A DNA stretch of 64,000 nt from an uncultured SAR86 cluster bacterium (GCA_902531245.1 CACADH010000005.1:11732-75731); one strand, 5' to 3'; numbered from the stretch's first letter, positions 41,243 through 55,631 are shown. Made by a program: numbers and translations. The notes: generated by a model not told the origin, from the letters alone.

Positions 41243-42163
41243 ATGAATATCTTATATGCTGGAACACCATCTAACTCAGCCAAAATACTCAGTTATCTTG
41301 CCAAAATTGAGCTTTTTAATATTAAAGGTGTTTTAACGCAACCTGATAAAAAAGGTAAAAGAGGTAATAATCTATTAGAGTCTCCTGTTGCTATTGTGGC
41401 TAAAGATTTAAAATTGGAAGTTTTCAAACCTGAAAATCTTAATTCAAATGAAATCATCAGTAATATAGGTTTATTAGATATTGATTTCCTTGTTGTGATT
41501 GCATACGGAAAAATTATTCCGCCTTGGCTTCTTGAATTACCGGGCGTGTCATCAATAAATGTACATTTCTCAATATTGCCTAAATATAGAGGAGCGTCTC
41601 CAATTCAGTCAGCTTTATTAAATGGTGACGATATTAGTGGGATATCAATTATCGAGATGTCAGAAGCTTTAGATGCTGGAGATGTGTTTTCATCATTCAT
41701 TGAAAAGATTAATCCAGAGGATAATAAATCAACACTTGAAAATAAATTAACCAACAAATGCATTACTGAGTTGCCAAGAACATTAGATTTAGTTAAAGCC
41801 AATAAGATCAAAGCAAAAAAACAAGATCATTCCAGCGCTTCTTATTGTAAAAAAATTACAAAGTCTGACTCTATTATTAATTTTAATGAAACAACTAGAA
41901 ATATTATTAACAAATTTCGAGCATTTTATGGATGGCCTGGAACATCTTTTATCTACAAAGATATACAAATTAAAATACACAATATGTTGGAAACCAAAAT
42001 AATTAATGGGGGTAAACCAGGTACAATTTATAAGTTAGACAATGATGGTTTATATATAAATACAATTGATTCAACGATAGTAATCACTCACTTACAGTTT
42101 CCAAACAAGAATATAATCTCATCTAATGACGTGTACAACTCATATAAAGAGTTTTTTTCATAA
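41243..42163 (+). CDS. fmt: methionyl-tRNA formyltransferase
   Basis: 306 aa with INVHFSILPKYRGASPIQ. It follows def. Confidence 0.93.
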   Translation: MNILYAGTPSNSAKILSYLAKIELFNIKGVLTQPDKKGKRGNNLLESPVAIVAKDLKLEVFKPENLNSNEIISNIGLLDIDFLVVIAYGKIIPPWLLELPGVSSINVHFSILPKYRGASPIQSALLNGDDISGISIIEMSEALDAGDVFSSFIEKINPEDNKSTLENKLTNKCITELPRTLDLVKANKIKAKKQDHSSASYCKKITKSDSIINFNETTRNIINKFRAFYGWPGTSFIYKDIQIKIHNMLETKIINGGKPGTIYKLDNDGLYINTIDSTIVITHLQFPNKNIISSNDVYNSYKEFFS

Positions 42164-42220
42164 AGATAAATTTTTACAATAAGTCTTGCTTTATTTAAAA
42201 AGAGGTTTAATTTACACAAT

Positions 42221-43576
42221 ATGAAAGTGCTAATTTTAGGTGCTGGTCGTGTTGGTGGAAGTCTTGCCAGGGCTTTGGTTAATAATAACTATGATGTATC
42301 TATCATAGATCTTAACAAAAGTGTCCTTGAATCCTTGGAAGATAAGTTAGATATATTAACTGTGGAAGGTCATGCTTCTCATCCTATTTCTATAAAAAAA
42401 GCTGGTGCTGATAATGAAACAACTGTAATAGCTGTAACATCTGATGATGAGGTAAATTTAATTGCTTGCCAGATTGCAAAGAAACAATTTGAAGTAAAAA
42501 AGACAATTTGCAGACTTTCAGAGAAATCATATACAAAAAATCTTAATGTTTTTGGAGAAAATATTATTGATATTGTTATAAATCCTGAAAAAGAAGTTAT
42601 GAACCATCTTAAACAGTTGATTATCCATCCAGGGGCAGAGCAAATTGAGCAGTTTGCTGAGGGGAAAGTAAATCTAGTTAGTGTTAAAGCTAAGAAGAAA
42701 GCAAAGCTTGTAGGAAGAGAATTAAAAGGCATTAAAGATGATATGCCAGAGACAGATGCCTTTGTCGCATCAATTTATAGAAAAGGAAAGCCTTTTATTC
42801 CTTCTGGGGATACAGTTATAAAAGAATCAGATGAAATATATTTCATTTCTTCAGCTTCAAACATCGATCAAATTGTAAATGAGTTCAGAGATCAGGATGA
42901 TATTTACTCAAGAGTAATGATTGTTGGCGGTGGTAAAATTGGTTATTCCTTGGCAAAAGAGCTTGAAGATGATTACAAAATCAAGTTAATTGATTCAAAC
43001 AAAGATAAATGCAAGAAATTATCTAAAAATTTAGATAAAACAATAGTGCTTCATGGTTCAGCTACAGATGAGGATCTCTTAAAGAGTGAAAATATTTCTA
43101 ATATAGATATTTTTTGTGCATTGACCGACGACGATGAAACAAACTTGATGTCTTCCTTGCTTGCAAAAAAAATGGGAGCAAAGAAAACTATGATAATTTT
43201 AAATAACCCTTCTTACTTGGGATTGGTTCCTGGCTTTATTGATACTTATATAGCTCCCTATAGATTAACAGTCTCTTCTGTTCTGCAGGATCTTAGAGAA
43301 AGTGATGTTACACAAGATGTATTACTAAAAATGGATACTGGGGCTGAGGCGATTGAGGGAGTTGTTCATGCTAATGAATTTACATCTAATTTGTTTGGAA
43401 AGTCATTAAAAGAAATTCCATTGCCTGAAGGTGCTTCTATCGGGGCTGTGGTTAGACATGGAGATCTATTAATGCCAAATTCTGATGTAGAGCTCTCTTT
43501 AAATGATCGTCTAATTATATTTTTAGCAGATAAAAAAATGGTTTCAGAAGTCGAGGTTCTTTTTAAAACAAACTGA
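42221..43576 (+). CDS. trkA: Trk potassium uptake system NAD-binding subunit TrkA
   Basis: 451 aa with two RCK/KTN repeats (MKVLILGAGRVGGSLA and VMIVGGGKIGYSLA). Confidence 0.9.
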   Translation: MKVLILGAGRVGGSLARALVNNNYDVSIIDLNKSVLESLEDKLDILTVEGHASHPISIKKAGADNETTVIAVTSDDEVNLIACQIAKKQFEVKKTICRLSEKSYTKNLNVFGENIIDIVINPEKEVMNHLKQLIIHPGAEQIEQFAEGKVNLVSVKAKKKAKLVGRELKGIKDDMPETDAFVASIYRKGKPFIPSGDTVIKESDEIYFISSASNIDQIVNEFRDQDDIYSRVMIVGGGKIGYSLAKELEDDYKIKLIDSNKDKCKKLSKNLDKTIVLHGSATDEDLLKSENISNIDIFCALTDDDETNLMSSLLAKKMGAKKTMIILNNPSYLGLVPGFIDTYIAPYRLTVSSVLQDLRESDVTQDVLLKMDTGAEAIEGVVHANEFTSNLFGKSLKEIPLPEGASIGAVVRHGDLLMPNSDVELSLNDRLIIFLADKKMVSEVEVLFKTN

Positions 43577-45012
43577 TGAACCCAAAATCAATAGTAAATC
43601 TATTTAGCATATTAGTTTTATTCTTTAGCTTTTCTTATGTATTTCCTATTATTGTCTCAATAATATTCGAAGACGGTGCTCTTGATATATTCATAAAAAC
43701 TCTAATTGGTGTTAGCTCTTTAGGGGTGTTGGGGTTGGTTTTAACAAGAAATATTGAAAATGATCTTTCTCAAAAAGATGGGTTTGTAATAATTGTAATG
43801 TTTTGGATAGTATTATCCATTGCTGGATCAGTTCCGTTTTATATGAGTGGAATGAGCGTGATTGATTCTTTTTTTGAGTCCATGTCAGGCATCACTACAA
43901 CAGGGGCTTCTGTAATTTCGAATATTGATGTCTTGCCTGAGTCTTTGTTATTTTACAGACAGTTACTACAGTGGATGGGAGGAATGGGTTTAATAGTTCT
44001 AGCGATTGCCGTAATGCCTTTATTAGGAATTGGTGGGGGTCAAATATATAAAACTGAAATTCCTGGTGCAATGGGTGAACAAAAACTTACACCCAGGATA
44101 AAAGAAACTGCTCAAGCTTTGTGGTCAATATACTTAGGTTTAACTGTTATTTGCGCTTTGTTGTATTACATCAGTGGTATGTCTATGTTTGATGCTATAT
44201 CACATTCAATGTCTACAGTTGCTATTGGTGGCTTCTCAACCCACAACGAAAGCATTGGATTCTTTAACAGCTTTTCTATTGAGCTTATCTGTATGGTCTT
44301 TATGCTTTTGTCTGCTTTTAGCTTCACACTTCATTACTTTGCTTTATATAAAAGAAAGCCTCTTAAATATTTATATGATCCTGAATTAAGGTTTTTTGTT
44401 GGAATAATTTTTATTATTTTTACTATAGCAGTAATTATTAGTGTGGTATCAAATAATATAACTGCAAATAATATAAAAAATATTGCATTTCATACTGTTT
44501 CCATGGTCACCACTACAGGCTTTACTGTTTCAAATTCTTCAGATTGGCCTTTTTCGTTATCTTTTTTGTTATTAGTGGGTGCTTTCATTGGAGCTTGTTC
44601 TGGATCTGTTGGGGGAGGTATTAAATCTTGGAGGGTTATGATTATGATTAATCATGCCTATTTAAATATAATGAAAATAATACATCCTAACTCAATAGTA
44701 TCATTAAAAATTGGAACAAGAAGTGTTGATGATCAAGCAGCTACATCCGTGTGGGGATTTTTTTCTATTTATGTAATTTCTTTCATGGTGCTGCTGCTGG
44801 CTATATTGGTCTCTGGATTAGATCTGGAATCAGCATTCTCAGCAGTTGGAGCATGTTTAAATAATTTGGGCCCAGGCTTAGGAATTGTTTCTGAAAATTA
44901 CTCAAGTATAAGTTCATACTCAAAAGGAATTTTAGCATTTGCAATGTTGTTAGGAAGGTTAGAAATTTTCACTTTGCTTGTAATACTAACTCCAATGTTT
45001 TGGGCTAAATAA
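43576..45012 (+). CDS. trkH: Trk potassium uptake system membrane subunit TrkH
   Basis: 478 aa and polytopic, with repeated selectivity-filter-like segments (SGITTTGAS, TVAIGGFST, VTTTGFT, LNNLGPGLG). Confidence 0.9.
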   Translation: MNPKSIVNLFSILVLFFSFSYVFPIIVSIIFEDGALDIFIKTLIGVSSLGVLGLVLTRNIENDLSQKDGFVIIVMFWIVLSIAGSVPFYMSGMSVIDSFFESMSGITTTGASVISNIDVLPESLLFYRQLLQWMGGMGLIVLAIAVMPLLGIGGGQIYKTEIPGAMGEQKLTPRIKETAQALWSIYLGLTVICALLYYISGMSMFDAISHSMSTVAIGGFSTHNESIGFFNSFSIELICMVFMLLSAFSFTLHYFALYKRKPLKYLYDPELRFFVGIIFIIFTIAVIISVVSNNITANNIKNIAFHTVSMVTTTGFTVSNSSDWPFSLSFLLLVGAFIGACSGSVGGGIKSWRVMIMINHAYLNIMKIIHPNSIVSLKIGTRSVDDQAATSVWGFFSIYVISFMVLLLAILVSGLDLESAFSAVGACLNNLGPGLGIVSENYSSISSYSKGILAFAMLLGRLEIFTLLVILTPMFWAK

Positions 45013-45882
45013 TTAAATTCCTAAATATGGATCTTGTTGATCAGGTTTGCTTTTTTTGAACCTTTTATATTCCCATGAATAATCTATCGGTCTTTTATTA
45101 ATAATATTTTCAATCCCTTGGTTAATAATTTGTGAGCGCTTACTATCACTATAAATACTTTTATTAATGACTTCTAACGTAACAGTTAAATAATTACCTT
45201 TATTTGAGTTAATATAAAAATAAGCTAAAGGGCATCCTGTTTTTAAAGCTAGGCTTTGAACTAGAGTTGTAGAATAAGCATCCCTATTAAAAAACTTAAT
45301 GTATTCTCCCATTCCTTTTTGTGGAACTTGGTCTGCTGCAAAACATATAACCTTATTTTGTTTTAATGCTTTATATATTTTCCTTACGCCTGTGATAGAA
45401 GTTTCTACACAAATAGAGCCATCTGATTCTCTTTTATTTTTAACAAACAAATCAAGAGCTTTATTTTTTATTTTTTTATATAAACTTACGGTTGCTGTTT
45501 GAGAGCAAATCCAGGCAAGCAACATATCAACACTTCTATTGTGGAGTGCTACTAAAATCATGCCCTTTCCTTGAAGTTTATAATTGTTTAATAGAAAATT
45601 GTTTTCGATTCTAAAGATCATTTCATTTGAATCGTGAGTATTGCTTCCCCAAGTGTAAATAGTTTCATATCCAGAAATTAAAAATTCACGAATACTTAGC
45701 TTCGCTAATAATTCAATATTTAAATTATTTAGATCAGGATAGGCGATTTTAAGGTTAATTTTTGTGATTTTATATGAAACGAATAGCTTGTATATACGTG
45801 AATACAGATATATATCAATTAAGATTATAAAAAATGCTCTTGGTAGCCTAGAAAGTATGTAAAATAATGCTTTTATCATCAA
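45013..45882 (-). CDS. lpxL: lipid A biosynthesis (Kdo)2-lipid IVA acyltransferase family protein (LpxL/HtrB-like)
   Basis: 289 aa with an N-terminal TM helix and the HX4D acyltransferase motif ALHNRSVD. Length and architecture fit the LpxL/M/P family. Confidence 0.65.
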   Translation of the reverse strand: MMIKALFYILSRLPRAFFIILIDIYLYSRIYKLFVSYKITKINLKIAYPDLNNLNIELLAKLSIREFLISGYETIYTWGSNTHDSNEMIFRIENNFLLNNYKLQGKGMILVALHNRSVDMLLAWICSQTATVSLYKKIKNKALDLFVKNKRESDGSICVETSITGVRKIYKALKQNKVICFAADQVPQKGMGEYIKFFNRDAYSTTLVQSLALKTGCPLAYFYINSNKGNYLTVTLEVINKSIYSDSKRSQIINQGIENIINKRPIDYSWEYKRFKKSKPDQQDPYLGI

Positions 45883-45995
45883 CTTTATGATTTAGCATGA
45901 TATATAATCATAAATAGATAAAATATACAAAAATTATTAGTTTAATTTAATAATTATAAATAGTAGACATTTGTTGATAAAAGGAGTTAAACAAA

Positions 45996-47344
45996 ATGCC
46001 AGCTAAAAACATGGATGAAATTGTTGCTTTATGTAAAAGAAGAGGCTTTATATTTCAATCAAGCGAAATATATGGTGGCCTTCAAGGAACATATGATTTT
46101 GGCCCCCTTGGTGTTGAGTTAAAAAATAATCTTAAGAATGCATGGTGGGAGGCAATGGTCTATGAAAATGACGATATTGAAGGCCTAGATTCATCAATTT
46201 TAACAAATCCATTAGTCTTAAAGTATTCGGGCCACGAAGAAACCTTCTCTGATCCTATGGTTGACTGCAAATCATGCAATTTAAGGTTTAGAGAGGATCA
46301 AGTTCCAGATCATTGCAAAAAAGAGGATTTAACTGAACCTAGACAATTTAATCTTATGTTTAAAACAAGTGTTGGGCCATTGGAAGATGGCTCTAATTAT
46401 GCATATCTAAGACCAGAAACAGCGCAACAAATATTTACAAATTTTAAAAATGTATTAGATTCTACATCTAAACCAATACCATTTGGCATAGCTCAAATTG
46501 GTAAAGCATTTAGAAATGAAATAACTCCAAGAAATTTTATATTTAGAGTTAGAGAGTTTGAACAAATGGAATTAGAATACTTTGTAATGCCAGGTAAAGA
46601 TGAAGATGCTCATAATTCATGGGTACAAAAAAGAGTAGACTGGTGGAGTAACCAAGGTGTACCCATGTCAAGTATTGAGTTGTACGATGTACCCACTGAT
46701 GAATTAGCACATTATTCAAAAAAGACTGTTGATTTAATGTATAAATTTCCTCATGGGTTAGAAGAACTAGAGGGTATAGCTAACAGAGCTGATTTTGATC
46801 TAGGTTCACACTCTAAAAAACAGGATGAACTTAAAATATCTTCAAATGTAATGAAAAACAAACACTCTAATAGCAAGATGGCTGTTCAAAATGATTTAGG
46901 TGATTGGATTGTACCTTATGTTATTGAGCCATCTGCAGGTGTTGAAAGGGGGTTTCTAGCAATTTTAAATGAAGCATATACAAATGAGGAATTGGAGGAT
47001 GGAAAAAATAGGATAGTATTAAAGCTTAAACCCCATCTGTCTCCTGTGAAAGCAGCAGTTATGCCTTTAAAGAAAAACAATAAAGATATTGTCAATACTG
47101 CTAAGAAAATAAAAAATGATCTTCAAAAAAAGGGTTTGGGAAGGATAATTCTTGAAAATACAGGAAACATAGGAAAAAGTTATAGAAAACATGATGAAAT
47201 AGGTACGCCCTTATGCATAACTGTTGACTTTGATACTCTCGAGGATAATTCAGTGACCATAAGAGATAGAGACACAATGAAACAAACAAGGCTTCAAGTT
47301 AGCGACTTAGCCGTGTATCTAACGGATTTGGTTAAGAAACAATA

Positions 47345-47348
<4 letters not shown>
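45996..47348 (+). CDS. glycine--tRNA ligase, single-chain alpha2 (homodimeric) type
   Basis: 450 aa. The N-terminus ..[42 protein letters not shown] is the hallmark of alpha2-type GlyRS. There are class II motifs ([13 protein letters not shown]). A strong AAGGAG lies upstream. Confidence 0.9.
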
Positions 47349-51061
<3,713 letters not shown>

Positions 51062-51062
51062 T

Positions 51063-52166
51063 TTAAATAAGAAGTGGCATTACAACATATTTTAAGTCAC
51101 TAGAATTGGGATCAGTAATTAGGCAGCTTTTTTCTGAACCAAAGAAATTAATCTCAATTTTCTCGGAATCTAATGTGGATAAAATTTCTTGTAAATAATT
51201 AACATTGAAAGCTATATCGATTTCTTCTCCCTGATATTCACATTCAACATTTTCTTCGCCCTGTTCTTTTTCTGGATTATTTGCAGAAATGTTTAAAGAG
51301 TTTTCTTTTGTTAAAATTCTCACCCCTTTGTATTTTTCACTCGATAACACACTAACCCTACTTAAACTTTCAGAGAAATTTTTTCTATCCACAACCAATA
51401 AAGAACTTTCACCCGACGGAATGACTTGTTCGTAATCAGGAAATTTACCTTCTATTAATTTGCTAACAAATGTGGTGCCAGAAACATTTGCTGCGATAGA
51501 CGTCTGTCCAAGTTTAATAACAACATTTTCGGAACCTTCTCCAACTAATTTTCCTATTTCATTGATTGACTTCCTGGGAACAATTCCATTCGTTGACTCA
51601 GAAACAGCTTCATTTAAAGAGGAGTGTGCTAAAGCTAATCTATGTGCATCTGTTGCAACAGTTGTTATAGTTTTGTCATCTATTAATAAAAAAAGTCCGT
51701 TTAAATAATGTCTCCAATCCTGATTTCCCATAGCAAATGCTGTTTTTGAGATTAAAGTCTTAAGATTTTGTGATGAAATGTTGATTTGAGATTGAGTTTC
51801 TTCTATTTCAAATACAGGAAAGTCCTCACTTGGTAGTGTTGAAAGGTTATATTTTCCCGATTCTGTTTCAATTCTGAGATTGTCTCCATCCAAAAAAAAG
51901 TGTATTTCAGTCATATCTGGTAATAATCTACATAAATCACTCAGTTTTCTTGCAGGAGCTGTTGTTTTTCCACCACTTTTAAAGTTAGATATGGTTGATG
52001 TTGTTGAAATTTCACTTTCTAGGTCTGTTGCGGTTAACTTTAAGGATGATTCATCCACCTCAAATAAAACGTTTGATAAAATTGGTAATGTTTGTCTTTT
52101 TTCAACAACTCCCAGGGTTTGATTTAAAGACTTAACAACCTCTTCTTTTGTGATATAAAAATCCAT
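51063..52166 (-). CDS. dnaN: DNA polymerase III beta sliding clamp
   Basis: 367 aa. N-terminal ..RQTLPILSNVLFEV and a C-terminal ..YVVMPLLI are typical of DnaN. It lies between dnaA and recF. Confidence 0.93.
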   Translation of the reverse strand: MDFYITKEEVVKSLNQTLGVVEKRQTLPILSNVLFEVDESSLKLTATDLESEISTTSTISNFKSGGKTTAPARKLSDLCRLLPDMTEIHFFLDGDNLRIETESGKYNLSTLPSEDFPVFEIEETQSQINISSQNLKTLISKTAFAMGNQDWRHYLNGLFLLIDDKTITTVATDAHRLALAHSSLNEAVSESTNGIVPRKSINEIGKLVGEGSENVVIKLGQTSIAANVSGTTFVSKLIEGKFPDYEQVIPSGESSLLVVDRKNFSESLSRVSVLSSEKYKGVRILTKENSLNISANNPEKEQGEENVECEYQGEEIDIAFNVNYLQEILSTLDSEKIEINFFGSEKSCLITDPNSSDLKYVVMPLLI

Positions 52167-53458
52167 TAGTTTGTTAGTGCTCTATTTAGATTTCTGTAAT
52201 CTTCTTCGTGGGATGGGTTCTCTTTTCTAAGTTCTTTAATTTTTTTACATGCGTGCAAAACTGTTGTGTGATCCCTTCCATTATAAGCCTCGCCAATTTC
52301 TGGTAAGCTATGATTTGTAAGCTCTTTTGTTAGCGCCATTGCCATTTGTCTTGGTCTTGTTATGGATCTGCTTCTACGTTTAGATAACAAATCTGATAAC
52401 TTAATGTTGTAATATTCTGCTACTGTTTTTTGGATGTTTTCTACGCTTACCATTTTTGCAGAAATTACAAAAAGATCTTTAAGTGCATCCTTAACAAGAG
52501 CTAAATCAACCTCTTGGTTTGTAAACCTTGCATTGGCAACAACCCTTTTAAGGGCTCCTTCTAATTCTCTAATGTTCGATCTGATTCTTTGTGCAATATA
52601 AATCGCGCAGTCATTAGGAAGAGAGACTCCCATTGAAGAAGCCTTTTTTAATAAAACTGCAGCTCTAGTCTCAAGCTCTGGGGGATCAATGACAACCGGG
52701 AGGCCCCAACCAAGTCTTGATTTTAATCTTTCCTCTAATCCATCAATTTCTTTTGGGTATTTGTCGCAAGTCAATATCATTTGATTGTTTCTATCTAATA
52801 ATGCATTAAATGTGTGAAAAAACTCTTCTTGGGATTGTTCTTTTCCAGCAAAAAACTGTATGTCATCAATTAAAAGAGCATCGGCATTTCTATAAAAAGA
52901 TTTAAACTCACTCATCGCTCCAAGCTGCAGAGCTTTTACCATATCTGAAACAAACTTTTCTGAGTGAACGTAAACGATTCTTTTTTTGGGTTCGTTCTTT
53001 AAGATTTGATTTCCAACTGCGTGCATAAGGTGGGTTTTTCCCAAGCCTACGCCCCCATAAATAAACAACGGGTTATAGTCTCCCTTTGGGTTCGCAGCAA
53101 CCTGTTTTGCTGCAGCTAAAGCTAAGTGGTTGGATTTGCCCTCAACAAAACTTGAAAATGTATAACCTTCAACAAGCTTAGCTCCAGAGCTTTGTTTGTT
53201 TTTGTATTTATCAACAAATGTTTCTTTTGTGTGAGTTTTAAAAACTAAATTTATGTTTATTTTAGATTCGGTTTTTAAAATAGACTTTATATCTTTTGCA
53301 TAATTTTTTTCTATGTAATCTAATATAAAATCGTTTGGGGCGACTAACTCCAAAGTATTTTTATCAATGCTTGCCTTAAGAGGCCTAATCCAGGTATTGA
53401 AATCTTCTTGCGACAGTTTATTTTCAAGCTTTTCTGAGCACTTATTCCAAAGTTCCAA
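52166..53458 (-). CDS. dnaA: chromosomal replication initiator protein DnaA
   Basis: 430 aa with Walker [22 protein letters not shown] and a C-terminal DNA-binding region [14 protein letters not shown]. The apparent TTG start is preceded by AGGAGAAAGAA. Confidence 0.95.
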   Translation of the reverse strand: MELWNKCSEKLENKLSQEDFNTWIRPLKASIDKNTLELVAPNDFILDYIEKNYAKDIKSILKTESKININLVFKTHTKETFVDKYKNKQSSGAKLVEGYTFSSFVEGKSNHLALAAAKQVAANPKGDYNPLFIYGGVGLGKTHLMHAVGNQILKNEPKKRIVYVHSEKFVSDMVKALQLGAMSEFKSFYRNADALLIDDIQFFAGKEQSQEEFFHTFNALLDRNNQMILTCDKYPKEIDGLEERLKSRLGWGLPVVIDPPELETRAAVLLKKASSMGVSLPNDCAIYIAQRIRSNIRELEGALKRVVANARFTNQEVDLALVKDALKDLFVISAKMVSVENIQKTVAEYYNIKLSDLLSKRRSRSITRPRQMAMALTKELTNHSLPEIGEAYNGRDHTTVLHACKKIKELRKENPSHEEDYRNLNRALTN

Positions 53459-53531
53459 TTCTTTCTCCTATTAGACTGATAGTCTATTAAAAAACTCACA
53501 AGATATCTACAGAATAAATATACGAATTTTC

Positions 53532-53540
53532 TGTGGATAA
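53532..53540 (-). promoter_or_regulatory. DnaA box (perfect TTATCCACA on the minus strand)
   Basis: The + strand reads TGTGGATAA, the reverse complement of consensus TTATCCACA. It lies 74 nt upstream of the dnaA start. Confidence 0.65.
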
Positions 53541-53601
53541 GTTGTATATAAAAAAAATTATTTTTTATAGTCTATTTTCTGGCTTTCAAAAATTAATGCG
53601 C

Positions 53602-53607
53602 TATAAT
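53602..53607 (+). promoter_or_regulatory. possible -10 element for rpmH-rnpA
   Basis: A perfect TATAAT sits 30 nt upstream of the rpmH ATG. I see no convincing -35 at 16-18 nt spacing. Confidence 0.25.
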
Positions 53608-53636
53608 TCTCATCACTTTTTGACCTTAATTTTATT

Positions 53637-53771
53637 ATGAAAAGAACTTTTCAACCAAGCAACCTTAAAAGAAAAAGAACACATGGGTTTCGAGCAAGAA
53701 TGGCCACCAAGGCAGGAAGGGCTATTTTGTCTAATAGAAGAAAAAAAGGTAGGAAAGTTCTTAGCGCATAA
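53637..53771 (+). CDS. rpmH: 50S ribosomal protein L34
   Basis: Absent from the ORF track (44 aa). [44 protein letters not shown] is a near-canonical L34 sequence. Confidence 0.95.
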   Translation: MKRTFQPSNLKRKRTHGFRARMATKAGRAILSNRRKKGRKVLSA

Positions 53772-53772
53772 T

Positions 53773-54090
53773 TTGTCTGGTTCAAGTAAAAAATTTAATT
53801 CTTTTAATTGTATTTATTCAAGTAAAAATTTCAGGCTTTTTTATAAACCATCATCAAAAAGCGGTTTAGAGATTTCAATATCAAAAAAATATTTTAGGTT
53901 GGCTGTAAAAAGAAATAAAATAAAAAGACAGGTAAAAGAAATTTTTAGGTCTCTTAATATTGTTATTCCAAGTGATGGGGTTGTTATTTTTTCTGTATTT
54001 AGGCCTTTTGGGGAGTTATCATATGAAAAAGCTTTGTTAGAGGTTGATGAGGCGGTAAAGTCATTGTCGGGTGATTTAAGTTTAAAATGA
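53773..54090 (+). CDS. rnpA: ribonuclease P protein component
   Basis: It carries the RNR motif region LAVKRNKIKRQVKEIFRS. The TTG at 53773, 1 nt after the rpmH stop, gives 105 aa with N-terminal spacing similar to E. coli RnpA. The ORF-track ATG at 53683 lies inside rpmH in another frame. Confidence 0.8.
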   Translation: MSGSSKKFNSFNCIYSSKNFRLFYKPSSKSGLEISISKKYFRLAVKRNKIKRQVKEIFRSLNIVIPSDGVVIFSVFRPFGELSYEKALLEVDEAVKSLSGDLSLK

Positions 54091-55631
54091 ATATTAGAAG
54101 CATTTATTTAATTGTTATTGTTTTGTCGTCGCTTGGTCTTTTGTATGAGTGGAACTCTGATCAAAAAAACCAGTCTATTGAAAATCATTTGTCATCTGTT
54201 AAATCGTCTGAATATCTACAAAATCCTGATTATGTTTCAATAGAAAATGATTTGCTTTCGTTGGTTGTTTCTGTTTCTGGTGGGTCTATTGTTGAATCGA
54301 GATTGAAGGAATATCCTGTAGAAAATGTTGATGGTTCTGTCGGTTTTAGGGTGTTTGGTTCTTCTGAAAGCTCTTCTTTTAAGTATTATTTTAAAAGTGG
54401 TTTTACTGGGGTTGTTCCAGAATATCGGCTTTATGATCTAGGGGATGGGTATGTTGAGTTAGTAGATGAAGGTCTGGGTGTTTCAAAAAGAATATCTTTT
54501 TCAGCCGTGCCTTATGAGGTTTCTGTTTATGATTCCTCGTCTTCAGGAATAAAAGGCAAATCTTATGCTGGTCTTTACAGGTCAGATGGTAAGGCCCTTG
54601 ATTTAAAAAGAGGTGCTCTAGAGGGTGGGATGATGAACAATAGCTCCTACGAAGGTGTTGCTATCAGCTCTGAGTCAGACCCCTACACAACATCAAGATT
54701 AAGTAGAATAGATGAGCCTGTCGAGGTGTTATCAAGGTCGGGGTGGATTGGTTTTGTTCAAAAATATTTCTTCGCTGCTCTTTTGGGTTCGGATGAGCAT
54801 ATATACAACTATTATGTTTTACCAAAAGAATCTGGGTTTTTTAGAATGGGCTACACTGTTGAGGGGTCGTCCGCCTCTAATGTGGTTTATGGTCATGAGC
54901 ACAGACTTTTTGTTGGGCCTAAAATAAGGAAAGATTTGATGCAACGGGCGGATAATTTGGAGCTTGCTATTGATATGGGTTGGTTTTGGTTTTTAGCACA
55001 ACCAATGGTTTTTGTGATGGATTTTATAAATGGTTATGTTAATAGTTGGGGCCTAACAATTATTATTTTTACTCTTTTTATTAAGCTTTTGTTTTGGCCT
55101 GTGACCGCAAAAAGCTTTAAGTCTATGGCCGCTCTGAGAAAAATAACGCCGGAATTGAACGAAATAAAAGAAAGATTTAAAAACGATCGCCAAAGCCAGG
55201 GCACTGAAACCATGAGGTTGATGAAGAAACACGGAGCAAATCCTTTGGGTGGCTGTTTGCCGTTGTTAATTCAAATGCCATTTTTTATTGGTTTCTTTTT
55301 TGCATTGAGGGAGATGGTAGAGCTTAGGTTTAGCACCTTGGGTTTTTGGGCGGATCTTTCAGCACCAGACCCATATTTTATTTTACCTGCCGCCTTTGGT
55401 TTGTTAATGGTTTTAACTCAAAGGTTAAATCCGCAGCCAGCTGGTATGGATCCGACTCAGGCCCAGGTTATGAAATATATGCCTGTTATGTTTTCTGTTT
55501 TCTTTTTGTTTTTTCCAGCCGCTCTTTGTTTGTATACGGTTGTAAACACCGGAGTACAACTTGCGCAGCAGAGTTACTTATACAAAAAACATGGTGCTTT
55601 AGGAATGGGTCACGGGCCTAGTGCGGGTTAG
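54087..55631 (+). CDS. yidC: membrane protein insertase YidC
   Basis: 514 aa with an N-terminal TM helix plus periplasmic domain. The conserved C-terminal core includes NPLGGCLPLLIQMPFF and DPYFILP. There is an ATGA overlap with rnpA. Confidence 0.93.
   Translation: MNIRSIYLIVIVLSSLGLLYEWNSDQKNQSIENHLSSVKSSEYLQNPDYVSIENDLLSLVVSVSGGSIVESRLKEYPVENVDGSVGFRVFGSSESSSFKYYFKSGFTGVVPEYRLYDLGDGYVELVDEGLGVSKRISFSAVPYEVSVYDSSSSGIKGKSYAGLYRSDGKALDLKRGALEGGMMNNSSYEGVAISSESDPYTTSRLSRIDEPVEVLSRSGWIGFVQKYFFAALLGSDEHIYNYYVLPKESGFFRMGYTVEGSSASNVVYGHEHRLFVGPKIRKDLMQRADNLELAIDMGWFWFLAQPMVFVMDFINGYVNSWGLTIIIFTLFIKLLFWPVTAKSFKSMAALRKITPELNEIKERFKNDRQSQGTETMRLMKKHGANPLGGCLPLLIQMPFFIGFFFALREMVELRFSTLGFWADLSAPDPYFILPAAFGLLMVLTQRLNPQPAGMDPTQAQVMKYMPVMFSVFFLFFPAALCLYTVVNTGVQLAQQSYLYKKHGALGMGHGPSAG

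Larger units (their letters stand above)
53459..53636. other. dnaA-rpmH spacer: candidate minimal oriC and/or divergent dnaA/rpmH promoter region
   Basis: The spacer is 178 bp. It has one perfect DnaA box (53532-53540) and one 7/9 box (atatctaca, 53503-53511). A pure A/T run of 25 nt spans 53545-53569. The 10-mer atagtctatt is repeated at 53479-53488 and 53567-53576. A palindrome tagact-gat-agtcta lies at 53472-53486. Confidence 0.4.

Noticed and set aside
53683-53772. ATG at 53683 as the rnpA start, giving a 135-aa protein overlapping rpmH out of frame by about 89 nt (as reported for Thermus)
   Set aside because: The extension ([30 protein letters not shown]) has no RnpA-like features and would make the N-terminus about 30 aa longer than in E. 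coli RnpA. A TTG at 53773, right after the rpmH stop, gives normal spacing to the RNR motif. I cannot exclude the longer form without proteomic or ribosome-profiling data.
54712-55621. Same-strand alternative-frame ORFs inside yidC (54712..54927 and 55346..55621)
   Set aside because: They are shadow ORFs caused by A-depletion of the + strand in the G+T-rich block. yidC in the annotated frame has clear conserved motifs, and the alternative frames have none.
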